Assembly (NCBI RefSeq): GCF_009914755.1
Contig: NC_060944.1
Length of the DNA stretch: 64,000 nt
Reading direction: 5' to 3' (one strand)
DNA from: the human T2T-CHM13v2.0 reference genome, Homo sapiens
The position numbers were made by a program, and so were the translations under genes. Numbering within the stretch: position 1 is the first letter of the stretch; every line of letters begins with the position of its first letter. The notes beneath the pieces are model-generated. The model did not search any database. It was not told the origin of the DNA and was given only the letters and a program-made list of their open reading frames with translations. Below, piece by piece: positions 26,559-43,727 of the stretch.

Positions 26559-27772
26559 TATATGCACTTAACCAAACATTTCCAGTACTGTAAAATACTC
26601 TAAAATTCTACTTTGCCTATATATTACATATGCACATTTATATAGATATTATGCATTTAAATAAACATTAATGCAAAGGAACATATGCATAAAATGATTC
26701 ATAATATAAATTATGGACAATTTAAAGATTTTTAAGGGTAGATTTCAGACTGTAAATAAACTTACTACTTTCACACTCATCCCCTGCAGAAGATGAGAAC
26801 TGGCAGTATAGTCTAATTACTTAAGTAGGAGTGGTGGACATCATTGTGTTATTTTGGAGCATATTTTTCATCTTTTCTTAAGTGAATTGTAAGTGAATAG
26901 AAAATGTGTGTTTGCTTGCATGCATATGCATATGCAAAAATCAAAACTGATTTGCCCAGGTACTCAACTTGAGCACAAAATCACAGGCATGAATATGCAA
27001 GGAAATTTGAATGTGTGTTTGTCAGCAACCGAATATTTGGCAAAGGGGAAAAATTAAAATAGATTGCACTTAGAGCTCAAGGAAGGAAGAATAAACACAA
27101 ATTTACAGGTGAGTGTTAGCAAACAGCACATATATTGAATAGTAGTCTGAAATAGACCCATCTGAACTCGGTGGGAAATTGACATTCTGTTTGTGCTACT
27201 GTGTATTAGAACTGGAAGCCTCAAGTTATATTTCTTAATAGCGATGCAGCAAATTACTATATCTACATGGCAGGCACTTGGCTTTTAACAGCTGGCAAGA
27301 TTGAGGGTTATTTGAGGCATTTAAAATAAAAATTTCAGATAAGATCAAATCAGTGTGGTCAATCAGCAAGATAGTCAACAGGTATTTATGACACCACCAC
27401 TTATCTATATACATATTTTTAAATGTTGTGCTTGATGGGATCCGAATGGGGAAAAGACCCAAAACATTAGGAGATCTCTGGCTCTGGTTTAGAAGACCAA
27501 ATGGTAATAAACAAGGGCCTTGGAGTCACACACACCTGCCGCCAGAACCCGGACACCTCTTACTTTCTAAGTAAGCTCCACATTTTATGTGAGGGCTAGG
27601 TTCTGAAGCCAGGCCATTAAGCAAAAGTCATGTACAGTCAGAATTATCTTTGAAATTTTATGTCTTCTATGCTTAAGCCTTCTTTATTTTTTTTATGTTA
27701 CTGAATTAAGAACGTTTGAGCCCCTATGCCATTAGAAGACAGAAATTTAATATCAGCCAAGACACACACACA

Positions 27773-27928
27773 CTACTTGGGAGGCTGAGGCAAGAGGATT
27801 TCAGGAGTTTAAGAGCAGGAGTTCAAGCCTGCAGTGAGCTATGGAGTGCACCATGCACTCCAGCCTGGGCAACAGAGCAAGACAGCATCTCTAAAAAATA
27901 AATAACTTTTTAAATAAATAAATAAAAG
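27773..27928 (+). mobile_element. AluJ/FRAM-type monomer fragment
   Basis: ctacttgggaggctgagg...caggagttcaagcctgcagtgagctatg; A-rich tail. Confidence 0.85.
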
Positions 27929-28294
27929 ACGTAGACAGAGAAACACACACACACACACACAATTGTGTGAAGCCTTTTCTCGTCAGTTTTATGCCCACAA
28001 AAGTTTGATAATTGCTGTGCTAATGAAAGGGCCAAAAAGAAAGTCTATGTGTGGATATCTGGACTTTTGACTCATCCTGCCTTTAAGATATGATACTATC
28101 AAATCCCCAGTGTGAGGAGCAGATGGTAAGACTTCTAAAGTGTTCCTGCTTGCCTTCAGGGTTTACTCTACTCACTTATAATAATAAGCCTCTCTGACTT
28201 TAATACATGTTAATAGACCTATTTGATGTTTAGAGGATTAAATGAAACAGTGGATGGCAACTTCTTTAAGGGTTAAATTCGAAAATCGGTACAT

Positions 28295-28700
28295 AAGTTA
28301 CCTGTGCTTTGTGACACTTCTTCATTTATGTGATCTTTGTCAATGCACTTAACCTCACTGCGCCTCATTCGCCTCGTCTGCAGGATGATGCAACACACAA
28401 TACCTACTTAAAGGAGTTGGTGACACTCTAAGTATGATAATGCGTGAAGAGCTGTTGGCAGACTAGTAGCAAGAAATTAAAACATAGTAACTATTTTATT
28501 ATTATTACAAATTATTGTTGTCGTGGTTGAGATGATTATTATTACTTGTATGCTCTGAGACTTTGGACATGTTACCAGATCTTTCTGTGCTTTAGTCATT
28601 CATCTGTCAAAAGGGAGCATGATATCTTTTCCTCCTACCTCAAAGAGCTGCAGAAGGAACAAAAAAAAGACAAGGGGTTGGAAAAGCATGAAAGGTTGTA
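28295..28700 (+). mobile_element. Two tandem MIR fragments
   Basis: cacttaacctcactgcgcctcattcgcctcgtctg; ctttctgtgctttagtcattcatctgtcaaa. Confidence 0.55.
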
Positions 28701-29199
28701 CAAGTAGAAGGTGAAAACGGAATAATGAAACATAATATTCAAATCCCAAGGCACCCCAGTTTCAGGGATGTTGCAAACCAATGTAATCTGCAGAACAAGG
28801 CATGTGGCTGAATAGCAACACAGTCGGGACCCAGGCAGATCGTAAATGGTTGGATTTGTCCTGTCCCCACCCCTGGGGATACCACTTAAAGTGCATTCCC
28901 TCTGGAAGGGGGCGTGGAAATCTTGCTGTGGAATACACAGGACCCTACCTTCCTCCCAGAAAATACTACCATGAAGAGTGGCTTTGTGCTGCAGACGTGA
29001 ATATATAGGTCTCTAGCCCAAATGGCAAGAAACCTATTGTTATTTTTTTCACAACTGAATTAAATTCTTATTATAATCACCTTTGCCATTGGTTGACAGA
29101 AACGTAATCTCTGTCAAGTTAGGGCATGTAGGTTAATTCAGCTTCCTGAGATTGTGCCTAAGTTCCAGGGTGTTTACAGACATCCAAGAATCTGGGGGT

Positions 29200-29730
29200 C
29201 ATACGTGGTTCTCAGTTATCACCTGTATCCACGCTGACTTCCGCAGGGATCTGCAGCTCCCTTTCTGCTCACCGACTGAAGGCTATTCCGGAACTGCTGG
29301 GGCTTTCCTAGAAACGTCTCAGGCCCCTTGCTCAGTTGCAGCACGCAAGCATCTCCAGTCTTCTGCTCCTGCGTCATGGTGCGTGTGGAAGAAGGAATGG
29401 CGGCCTAGGGGAGGTGGAGTTTCTTTACAAGGCATTGGAACAGAGACCTCTTCTGCTCTTGAATCGCCAAACTCAAGGGGAAGGGTTGGTTTATGCTCCC
29501 TCCGACCCCCGACTCCACTCGAGGCCAAGGAGGCCCTGCAAGTAGCAAGTGGAAGTCAGGACACAGAGCTGCTTCTCCGCTCCGAGTCTGAATGGCAAAG
29601 ACTGCTTCTCCTTCACTGCCCCCCACCCCCCACAATTTTCACATTCCTCTCAATACCCAGGAAGCCTTATCTTCTACGTAAAGGGAGGTGAGAAAATGGA
29701 GGTGAAGTGGACCTCCGGCTATCGCGTTTT
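29200..29730. promoter_or_regulatory. CpG-enriched candidate regulatory element
   Basis: About 20 CpGs by hand count in about 530 bp with no recognisable repeat; TTCCTAGAA, TTCCGGAA and TGCGTCA motifs. Confidence 0.4.
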
Positions 29731-29748
29731 GCTCTCCTGAAGCTGTTT

Positions 29749-30050
29749 CTTGTTTGTTTTTGTTTGTTGCTTTGTTTGTTTGTTTGTTCTGAGACAGAGC
29801 CTAGCTCTGTCACCAGGCTGGAGTGCAGTGGCTCACTGCAACCTCCGCCTCCTGGGTTCAAGTGATTCTCCCGCCTCAGCCTCCTGAGTAGCTGGGATAA
29901 CAGGTACGCGCCACAACACCCTGCTAATTTTTGTATTTTTAGTAGAGACGGGGTTTCACCATGTTGGCCAGGATGGTCTCAATCTGCTGAGCTCGTGATC
30001 TGCCCGCCTCGGCCTCCCAAAGTGTTGGGATTACAGGCGTGAGCCACCAC
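29749..30050 (-). mobile_element. AluSc-like
   Basis: ggatggtctcaatct...ctcgtgatc; TSD gaagctgttt/gaagctattt. Confidence 0.92.
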
Positions 30051-30859
30051 GAAGCTATTTTTTTAAATGCTAGGATGTCTCCTTATGAAGTCCCCAAACC
30101 AAGACTAAGGCTCCTTGTTCAGCTTTCTCCCCTATGATGCCTCTTCTGAGGCAAGGGCTGCGTCTTTTACAGAGTGGGGTGCAGGAGACAGCTTCAGAAA
30201 GTCCCGCTGCAGGAGTGGGACCAGCTCCTCACATTTCAAAAATATTATCCACCAACAATGTTTAGAACATTACCCAGAAAGGTAGATTTCTGAAGGAGTT
30301 GAGCGTGCATAGTAGAGCGTGATTCTGCCATAATCTATGTGGTTGGATGAGAACCAGTGAATTGCTTTGGTCCGTTTATGACAACGTGAATAGTTTGTCT
30401 TATGGTGATAGGGGACCAGTGATTCTAGCTTTGACTGTCTCTTCGATGGTTGATGGTATGTAATTGAAACAAGTGATCCTCCCCCTTGCCCCCCATCACA
30501 TCCTATTCTGCCACATTCTTAAGGGAGGTGAGAAGTAACTCTTTATGCTTTGTCATTCTTGAGCAGGTTTTTTGTTATGTAAAAAGCAATTATAATTCAG
30601 AGAAAAACAACTCAATGTGTGAAATGGTAAAATAATTCTAATGTCACTTGCAGGCTCCAGTTGGGGTCTGCAGAATACATCTTTGTATGGAATAGAAATA
30701 CATGTGCCCAAATTTGAGAATTGTCACTGAAAAGTAACCTTTCTCTTTCTAGCCCTCCTGGGCAGTGCAGCCAAGTCCTCATCAGTGCCAAAAATATACA
30801 TTTAGCAAATGTCCATGCCAGCGCCTCACTCCCAGAATGCACAGTTCTCCCAAGCTGCT

Positions 30860-31955
30860 TCCAGAGCCTTCTAAAGTACTTTCCCACTCCATCTCTGACC
30901 CTCTCTAACTTGGTGGTGTTCATTCTGCAGACAAATAGATCTTTTGAAAATGTAAACGTGATAGATACGGTCACTTTCTTGCCTTTAAAACTCCTGCCTT
31001 CCCTGGCAGTTCTGCTGTGGTTCTCTGGGTGTGTTAGTGGCTGCTGGGACAAAGTGCCACAAACTGGGTGGCTTAAAATCACAGAAATGTACTGTCTCAG
31101 AGCTTCAGAGGCTAGAAGTGCAAAAACAAAGGTGTTGGCATGGCATTGCTCCCACTGAAGGCTCTGGGGAGGACCCTTCCTTGCCTCTTCCAGTTTCTGG
31201 TTGTGGCCAGCAATCCTTGGCTTGTAGACACATCACTCTAATCTCTGTGTCTGTTGTTACATGGCTCCCTTCCCCTGTGCGTCCGTGTTGTCAGGTGGCA
31301 TCCCCTCTTTTGGTGTCTGTGTCCAAATTTCCTTTGATTTTTAAGAACACCAGTCACTGGACAAGGACCAATCCTAAAGACGTCATCTTAAGCTGATTAC
31401 ACCTGCAAAGACCCTTCTTCTGAATAACGTCATATTCACGGGTACCAGGGGTTAGAACTTCAACTTTTCTTTTCAGGGGACACAGTTTAACCCATAACCC
31501 TGGGTTTATTCAGGTAAATTCCAACACTTTACCATCACCCACACCAGTCTATGGATCCCGAGTCCTGCTTGTCTCTTTGGCTTCAAGTTTTGTTGTTGTC
31601 CTTCTCATAATACTTTCATACTCCAAACTCCACTGGACTTCTCTGTTTTTTGAATTGCTGTGCCACTTCCCACTTTAGGAAATTTTTTTGCAAGCTATGC
31701 ATTCTTCCTGAATTGTCTTCCTCTCCTTATTCCCTACTGCGTTACTTTTCTGGCAGAATCTGCCTTAAGCCCCCACACCGAGTCTAGTTGCTTTGCCATC
31801 TCCTATAGCTCTTCCATGGCACTGACCACACTTGGCAATCAAGAATGTATTTGTGTGACTATTTAAGTCATAACAATCACACCAGTGTAAGGTCCCAGCA
31901 AGGGGTCTCTGGCCAGAGTAGGTGCTTAATAAGTAATTATTAAATGAATAAGTAT
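30860..31955 (+). mobile_element. L2 interrupted by MLT1C
   Basis: tcactttcttgcctttaaaactcc before the LTR; agagtaggtgcttaataagt...aatgaataa at the end. Confidence 0.6.
31030..31499 (-). mobile_element. MLT1C-like solo LTR
   Basis: ccacaaactgggtggcttaaa...ccttccttgcctcttccag; 5-bp TSD ctggg. Confidence 0.85.
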
Positions 31956-32913
31956 AAGATTTCATAAATGCTAAATTAGATTACAGTATGGTTGGTTAAG
32001 TCCCATAGGACACCCATATGACTTTTAATCTTAAGAAAAATGGTCCTTTTCATGCACTCTTTGGATTTTAGCACGCTGCAACTTAATTTTGGCTTTGCAG
32101 AGGAATCTATTAGAGATTTTCTGTTGTTTTTTTTTTCCATAAAGAACTGAGGCAATGACTGTGAGAACTGGATTTAGAAGTTGAACACCTAAGAACCCCG
32201 TTTTTCTTAAAATAAAAAAAAAGGTAGAATAGAAGAGAAAGGAAAGGAAAAGAAAAACAACTGTGTCGAGTGTTAGGTTTACAGTTCAGGGAAGCACCAG
32301 GAGCCATTTTATCTGATTTTGTTATTATTTAACCACTGCACAAACGAGAAGAGCCCATAATCCTCTGTGGAATAATGCATTAATCCTCATTAGTTGTCAT
32401 TCAGTTGGGTCTGCTTTCTCTGCGCCATGTGAAATATGAAGAGATACCTTCCCAAGAAGGATAAATGTGTTATCTCATAGTTCACCTACTTTAGAATACC
32501 CAGTGGGCTGCACTGGAAGTATATGTTGTTTATCATTACTTGTAGGGGGCAAGATGGGCCCTACTGAAGACTGCTGGACCGTGAGTGATTTATGGTGCTT
32601 TTTACCCCTCCACCGTTGGGGGAGGTGTCCACATGGTTAGAATTCCATCTGTCCCGTATGCAGCCCCTTTAATTAATGATTTATCCTATTATCTTCCTTC
32701 CTGAAAGAAAAAAATATCGAGGTTTTACTTTATCGGTAAAACTACCATCTACCAAAACAGAATCATTATCTAAATCCGAGTGACAAACAAGTTGATGGGA
32801 GTATTCTGGGGAAGAGAAACCTAAGGGGAAACAGGTTAACAAAATCCCTTGTTTCCTGAGGGAAACATTAGGAGGTGTTCCCTAATCCTGCCTAGCAAAA
32901 GGTCAATGCTTTG

Positions 32914-32915
<2 letters not shown>

Positions 32916-32947
<32 letters not shown>
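32916..32947. repeat. (CA)n microsatellite
   Basis: Perfect run. Confidence 0.95.
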
Positions 32948-32950
<3 letters not shown>

Positions 32951-33875
32951 CAAGTTTCCATATAACAAGAGAGGAAAAGCAAAGAGACGCCACTGGATGA
33001 GGGGAGCCATTAATACAGTGGGTTTGACAGTTGGATGCTTGAAAAAAAGATGACTTCTTATTAACATGCAATTGTCACCATGTTAATAATGAAATATTGA
33101 TCTGCTCTTGCTTAATGAAAATCAACTTATTCTAATTTACCCCTGGAAAGAGGACCACTTAGGGTCCCGTTCCAACATCTTTACACTATCCATCTATGTA
33201 TTGTTTATAGCTAGATTTATTTTTTAGTATGCACCTCTGAGCCAGGGAGGGGAGAAGGGAATAATGAATGTCAGGTAAACCAAAATTATTTGTCTTTTCT
33301 TCTTTTGTTGAAATTCAGTCATCTTATTTAGCAAGAAAAACTTCATGAAAGACCTTAGAACAACATTACAGGGTATTCATGATTTTATGATTAAATGATT
33401 ACAATCTTTTCCAATAAAAATACTGTTATATAAGAAATGTGAACCTTAGAAAATCACTAGCACTCCTCATCTAAAGCTTGATTTACAGCTATTTATAACC
33501 ATATATGCATTACAGTAAGGACTGAGAGAATCCACAAGATTTATCAGTCTTACTCATGGAGAACAATTTTACACAGAGAAACCCTGTCTAATAGCCTATC
33601 TTAATTAGCTGCCAATTTTGTGAACTATTTCTGTTTTATAGTCACAGTTTTTCTACTCATTTATTTACCTGCGCTTTCGAAATTATCTGTGAAGCAATCT
33701 CTTTCGGATAATAGGGAAAGGAGCCAGTGACTGTGACCCTCTAAAAATGTAGATCATTTTTATTTACAATTTAAAATGTAAATGCTTTGGGGTCAGGCCT
33801 CTGCGAAAAGAGTAATTCACAAGTCAATACATTACTCCTTCACACTTAAACATTGATTACCAAGAGGCACATACA

Positions 33876-33916
33876 GTGATGTGTGTGTGTATGAATGTGT
33901 GTGTATGTGTGTGTGT
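33876..33916. repeat. Imperfect (TG)n
   Basis: Visible run. Confidence 0.8.
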
Positions 33917-35117
33917 ATTTACCAATGTAGTGGCTTTTATTGTTTCTGTTAGGTGTTGTTGCAGAGAGGTTCACATAAACATTTATATAGGTTTCAGAAA
34001 ACGGTTGTTACTGAGGAAGAGCCTTTTTCTGTTTACACAAATTCAGAACAAAGAAACATTGCTACAGCTTCCGGTAATTGACATGTGGGCGTGTTCTTCA
34101 AGTCACTGACTGGAAGAAGTGAGTGTCTGAGATTTATTTTTGACAGGACTTAAATTACTGGTAGTCTGACACATTTTTGAACAATTACTAGACACTGAGG
34201 TGTTTAAAGTAATGGGTACTATTTGTTTGAGGGATGGGGAAGTTTCAAAACCGTTAGAACGAAACAATTTTCCATTTGATTAGTAAGATGCTAACACTCA
34301 CATTTATATTACTAAATAGCACATACATAAATGACTCCTCGAGTGAGAATTTTTTCTCAGAATAAAAGTTGTACTTTAAAAAATATCCCCCCCATTTGGT
34401 GAACTGGTGAATCATGGAGTTCAAGAGAGGAATGAGCCTCTGTGCTCACTGTCAGCTTTCTCCCCTCTAGTTCTTTAGATCAGTCCCTGAAGTATACAGA
34501 GACGGGAGCATTGTCCTGCTTTGTTTCAAATGTCTTAGAAACTAGGGCTTAATGTTCATTAATTAGTGACTATCTTTCAGGAGCTTCTAAACATTGTTGA
34601 ACCAGCCATCTGAACTCCGACTGCTAAATTAAAATTCACATTTCATGAGCTGCTAGTGTCCCCAAAAGATAAAGCAACTACAGCTGCCATAATTGGCAAC
34701 ACACTGACGTTTTAAGTTACCCAAAGAGTCAAAGCAGTCATTTTTCTTCCTCCTTCTTTCCTGTTCATGGGTCTGATGAAGATAAAGGATTGCAAAGTCT
34801 CTGTCCTCTTCTTTTCTATTTACTATGGCTTAAAAAGCCAGGCCAATTTTGGGGGAAGGGTCTATCTCACGGACCTACGTGTTCTTGCTTGTAGTTCTTA
34901 AAGCTGTGGGTCGGGAGAACCCAGAGCTGACTTCTGTGACCCATCACAGGTGACATGGGTTTTATTGCTTATCCAAGATCTTTTTCCTCTCCCCTGCATC
35001 CAGGGACGTCCGTGAAGTCATGTCCCCTGAATACCCCTGGAGAGTAGTACTGTGTGTATCTGTCTATAAAAATCTCTTTTGCTTGTTTTATTGGAGACAC
35101 TGAGGGCTTTGGATTGT

Positions 35118-35348
35118 CGTTGTCTCAACCAGGAATGATCCTGTACTGCCCCAGCTCCCCAACCCAGGCCGGCATTTTGCAATTTGCAGAGTCATTTTTG
35201 GTTGTCAAAACAGATGGGAGCTTTTACTGTCAGCTTGTGGGGTAGAGACCAGAGATGCTGCTAAACATCCCGTAATGCACAGGGCAGCCCCACAGCAGAG
35301 AATCACCTGGCCCCAAATGTCAGTCGCGCGGAGGCTGGGGAACCCCGG
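35118..35348 (+). mobile_element. MER20
   Basis: gggtagagaccagagatgctgctaaacatcccgtaatgcacagggcagcccc. Confidence 0.85.
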
Positions 35349-36107
35349 TGGAATATTCTGTGCTATGCTGTAGTAGCTGGGGTTTGTTTTCCTAACCAAC
35401 AAATCCAAACAGAAAAGCATCGGGGATGCTAAGCTGGGTTGGAGCAGAAGTAGTTTGGGAAATTCTTTTGTTTCTATGACATTAAGGACTTTTTTTAAAG
35501 GGATGCATCCCATGTTTTTGGCTTCTTTAAGGCAACATGGTATACAAATACAAGTGCAAAGAGTATCTTCAGGGTATACCACAAAATCATAATAATCCAG
35601 CAATATCAATTACCACTTGGGGGAAAGGGGTCCTACTATGTTTCTCTCTTAGAAATAATAAAAATATTCATTGACTGAATGCTCACAGCTGCTCTGCAGC
35701 CCTGCTTCTGTCCCTTTTCATTTGTAAGCTTGGAAAATAAAATTGTCCTTCCTAGTCTCCTCATTCCTCATTGCAACATGAAAGGGGTGAATCTAAATAA
35801 TGTCTTGTTTCCATTCTATTTGTAAGAGCCCATAAAATTGATAAACTACTTATAGATTTTAATTAATATGATTAAAAATAACTGATTTGGCTTCATTTTC
35901 TCCTTCTCATTTGGGTGTTTTGACACCATCCCTAGAAGGTTTTCCAAGACTCCTCTGAGAAGTCCATTTTTGGAACCTAGAAAGTATGGGAATAGAGTCT
36001 GTGAGACTGGACATTTCCTTACTGTTTACTGGGGGGTCGAGGCAGGTAAATTCACTAGAATGGGATCAACCATTAGCCTTGAAAACAATAAAGGCATATA
36101 CTTCTGC

Positions 36108-36745
36108 CCATCCATCCATCAATCCATTCATTCAATCCTCCATTCCTTCATCCATCCATTCATCCCTTAATCCATTCATCCATCCCTCCGTTCCTTCATC
36201 CATCTATCCCTCCATCCATCCCTCCCTTCATCCATCCCTCCCTCCATCCATCCCTCCCTCCATCCATCCCTCCCTCCATCCATCCCTCCCTCCATCCATC
36301 CCTTCCTCCATCCATTCCTCCTTAATCCATTCATCCATCCCTCCATTCCTTTATTCATCTATCCCTCCTTCCATCCATCCCTCCATTCATCCATTCCTCC
36401 ATCCATCCCTTAATCCATTCATCCATCCCTCCATTCCTTCATCCATCTATCCCTCCATCCATCCCTCCCTCCATCCATTTATCCCTTAATCCATTCATCT
36501 GTCCCTCCATTCCTTCCTTCATCTATCCTTCCATCCATCCATCCCTCCATTCATCCATCCATCCCTTCATCCATCCATCCATCCATCCATCCCTTAATCC
36601 ATTCATCCATCCCTCCATTCCTTCATCTGTCCCTCCCTCCCTCCCTCCATCCATTCATCATTTAATCCATTCATCCATCCCTCCATTCCTTCATTCATCT
36701 ATCCCTCCATCCATCCATCCATTCATCCATTTCTCTATTCTTCCA
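36108..36745. repeat. Complex (CCAT/CCCT/TCAT)n tandem array
   Basis: About 640 bp, almost G-free on the plus strand; recurring ttaatccattcatc anchor. Confidence 0.95.
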
Positions 36746-38004
36746 TTTACACATATGGATAGAGACACATCTGAAATATAATTAACTGAAGGTTAGAGTA
36801 ATTTCTAGATGCTGGGCTACTGAATGATTTTAAAACTTTCTTCTTTATAATTTTCTCTATTACTTAAATACAGTAAGTATGAGTCATTTTAACAATGAAA
36901 TTATTATTTTTTAAAAGGAAGGGGATGATACGGGATGAGCTAATGGATGCTTTTCAACAGTCCAGGAACACTGTTTTGATAGTTGAAAAGAGTGGTTCTC
37001 ATCTTTTATTAACTCCATTCCGTCAAGTTAAAAAAAAAAACTGGTCTATTTTCAGTTTTAGGCCTGGGTTGATTGATGTACATTTTTAACTTTGAGACAT
37101 GCATGTTTAATTATAGTTTTCCACTGACCTCAGTGTTTGTTACTTATACTATACATTAGCTAAAAGTAGACACTATTAATTATACAGATTTGTTTCAGGA
37201 TTTCTTGGGGGCAGGATTTTGCTACATACTTTGGGATGCCTGGTGATGTGTGAGGTGCTTCCACACTTTCTAATTTCAAATTTCAAGGATCTTCAGTCTG
37301 GCTGCAGTGAAAAGAAACTAAAAAACTGACTTCGCAATTCTAGCATTGTAAAAGACATGTACATTCAACTGTCTCTCACCTTCATGACATCCTTGGTGAA
37401 CTCTTATGTATCTTTTAAACTGCTGTTCAAATGTCGCCTTCTCAATGGAGCCCTCCTTGACCACTCCCTTGTGAAGTTAGAGGATTCTTCCTTTGAGTAA
37501 GAAGTTAAATGTTTCACTTTCTTCTCACAATACCCTGTATTGTACTTGGAAATAGAAGTTACCACATTGCTGAAATTATGTCCTAAGTATCAGTCCTTTC
37601 TACTGGATTTTGAGTTTCCAGAGGGCTAGGACCAGGATTCATGGGTCTTTGTGTTCTTACAGTGCCTCAATTGCTCACCAGGAAGTGGGCTGGCCAGAAT
37701 ACAAGTCAGAATGAGATGGATGCAGTACGAAGTGTAGAAATCCAACAAATGTGTAAAAGGTAAAGGCAAACCAGATTTTTTTAAAGCTTATGATTGTTGG
37801 AAAGTTCAAGTATACACAGACTAAACAGCTGGACAAAACTTGCAAAACAATGAAGAAAGGAAAGAAAATAGTGATTGCTATGTCTGAGTTTCAGGGACTC
37901 ATAATAAAGGACTATTCAGATTAAGAAAAGGCTACTTGGAAACTATAGATACTAATTATTTTTAACTATAGATACTAATTATAGTCTGAATTTTAAAGAA
38001 AAAT

Positions 38005-38230
38005 TCAGGCACATCTACTCTGTGCCAGGGAAGGTGCTGAAGGAACTAGCATGTGTATTACTCGTTTTTCAACAGAGATATGTATTGTTAGTCCCATTTA
38101 ACAGATGAAGCAATTGAGGCTTAGAGAAGCAAATGACTTACTTGAAGTCATCCAGCTCATCAGAAAGAACCCCAACCCTCCCAAGGTATTTGACCTTGCA
38201 GGTCAGTGTTTTTCCCACTCAACCACAGAT
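38005..38230 (-). mobile_element. MIR
   Basis: cccatttaacagatgaagcaattgaggcttagagaagcaaatgacttac. Confidence 0.75.
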
Positions 38231-38639
38231 GTTTTATGTCCTCTTTTGTCGCTGACGTTTCCTCCATGTGGAAAGCTTTGAAAGTGCTCCAGTCACATTT
38301 TGAAATTTCATGACAAAAAATTGAATGTCATCCAAAGCATAGTTGAGGATTTAAACATCCCTGTCAATCCTGGCTGTCATCACCAAAAGATTTCTATCCC
38401 AATGATAGATCATTGTGACGTGCTTGGCCTAAAGGGCCCTGGGCTGTTATAATGAGTAAGATTGGAATCTACTGAGTAATGCAAATAAATAAAAAAGAGA
38501 CAGGTAGTCTCAGACTTTTTCATTATTGCCTTCTTTGCTGTGAAGCTCATGGACTGCTCTGTGCAAAGGATCTTTCTTTTTACCATTTTAATAGCCTGTG
38601 CAATGGGATTAAGAAATATCTTGGGTTTTTCATTCAACA

Positions 38640-42640
<4,001 letters not shown>

Positions 42641-42949
42641 TGCGGGTTGCCAGACAGTGGTTAACGTAGACAGTGACATGTTCACACTGGAAGAGGTTAA
42701 TCTGCAGAGCAAGTGCAAAACCCTCTCAAATCGCTGCTATGTTTAAGGCATCTTAGCGCTACAGAGACAGAATAATCCTGTGTATTGGGAATACAGAAAG
42801 GAAAAAATCAGGAATGCAGAGACTTCAAGTCTTTAGAGGCCAAATTCCAAGGCTTTGGTCTGAGCCAGGCACTATTTCAAACAGCTGGATTATGTGCCAA
42901 TATGCCTAACGAAGTGAATATCAGCTGGCCCCACACTGGTAATAAAACG

Positions 42950-43210
42950 ATAATAACTCTATAAATAAATGTATTGAGTGCTGACTGTGCCCTCTATCAC
43001 ACTAGCCACTCTATACCCTTTATCTCATTTAATTTTCACAAAAGCACCAGCAGATAGCTACTATAGCTACTAGTAACCTTTTTCTTTTTCTGTTTTTTTT
43101 TCTTTTTTTTTGCAGAAGAGATCCTGAGGTCCACAAAAGTTGAATTATATGTCCTAATACACATAGCTTATGAGTGAAGCCGTGATTCTGATTGGTCTGA
43201 CTCCAAAGTT
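42950..43210 (-). mobile_element. MIR
   Basis: tattgagtgctgactgtgcc...ttatctcatttaattttcacaa...tctgactccaaag. Confidence 0.7.
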
Positions 43211-43727
43211 CAACTTAGGTTATTCAGTCTCTTCAAGTTGTTGTTGCCCAATGAAAACTTGTTGCCTAGCTAACTGGAAATCTGACTGAATTTCCAGACT
43301 AGCTCAGCTTACCTAATTTAATAAAAAACATCAAGACCCGAAAAGCAATTATGTAGAATGATTCGAATCTTAAACGAGTTAATATATCCAGAGCTCTTAT
43401 GGTACCAGACGCATAGAGAGCCTTATGTATGTGTTTCCCATTAATTCTTACTAAAAGGCTCTAGAGAGAAATTGGTCTGCCCTTCCCTGGTGCTAATCAA
43501 ACATTGTGAATAGTAACACCATTTTTTCCTCCCAAGGGCCACTAAATTTCTGCTTCTTACAGAGTAGTTTTCAACTTGGTCTTAAGGAAGAGGATGGTAT
43601 TTCCTGGCTTTGTGCTTAATCTCTTTACAGGAAATGATATTGTTGTAGGCAAGGACAAAGGTACAAGTGTACACATTTAACAAATGCATTGAATCCTCTA
43701 TTAACATTGCAAGTCAGTTCTTTAGAG

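Noticed and set aside
30612-31396. Overlapping 120-156 aa ORFs
   Set aside because: They lie largely in L2 and MLT1C sequence and show no recognisable domain.
35986-36489. 167-aa Pro/Ser/Ile/His-rich ORF
   Set aside because: Translation of the (CCAT)n array, which is naturally poor in stop codons.
36108-36745. Recurring anchor with variable spacing, superficially CRISPR-like
   Set aside because: The spacers are the same simple repeat rather than unique sequence; eukaryotic context and no cas genes.
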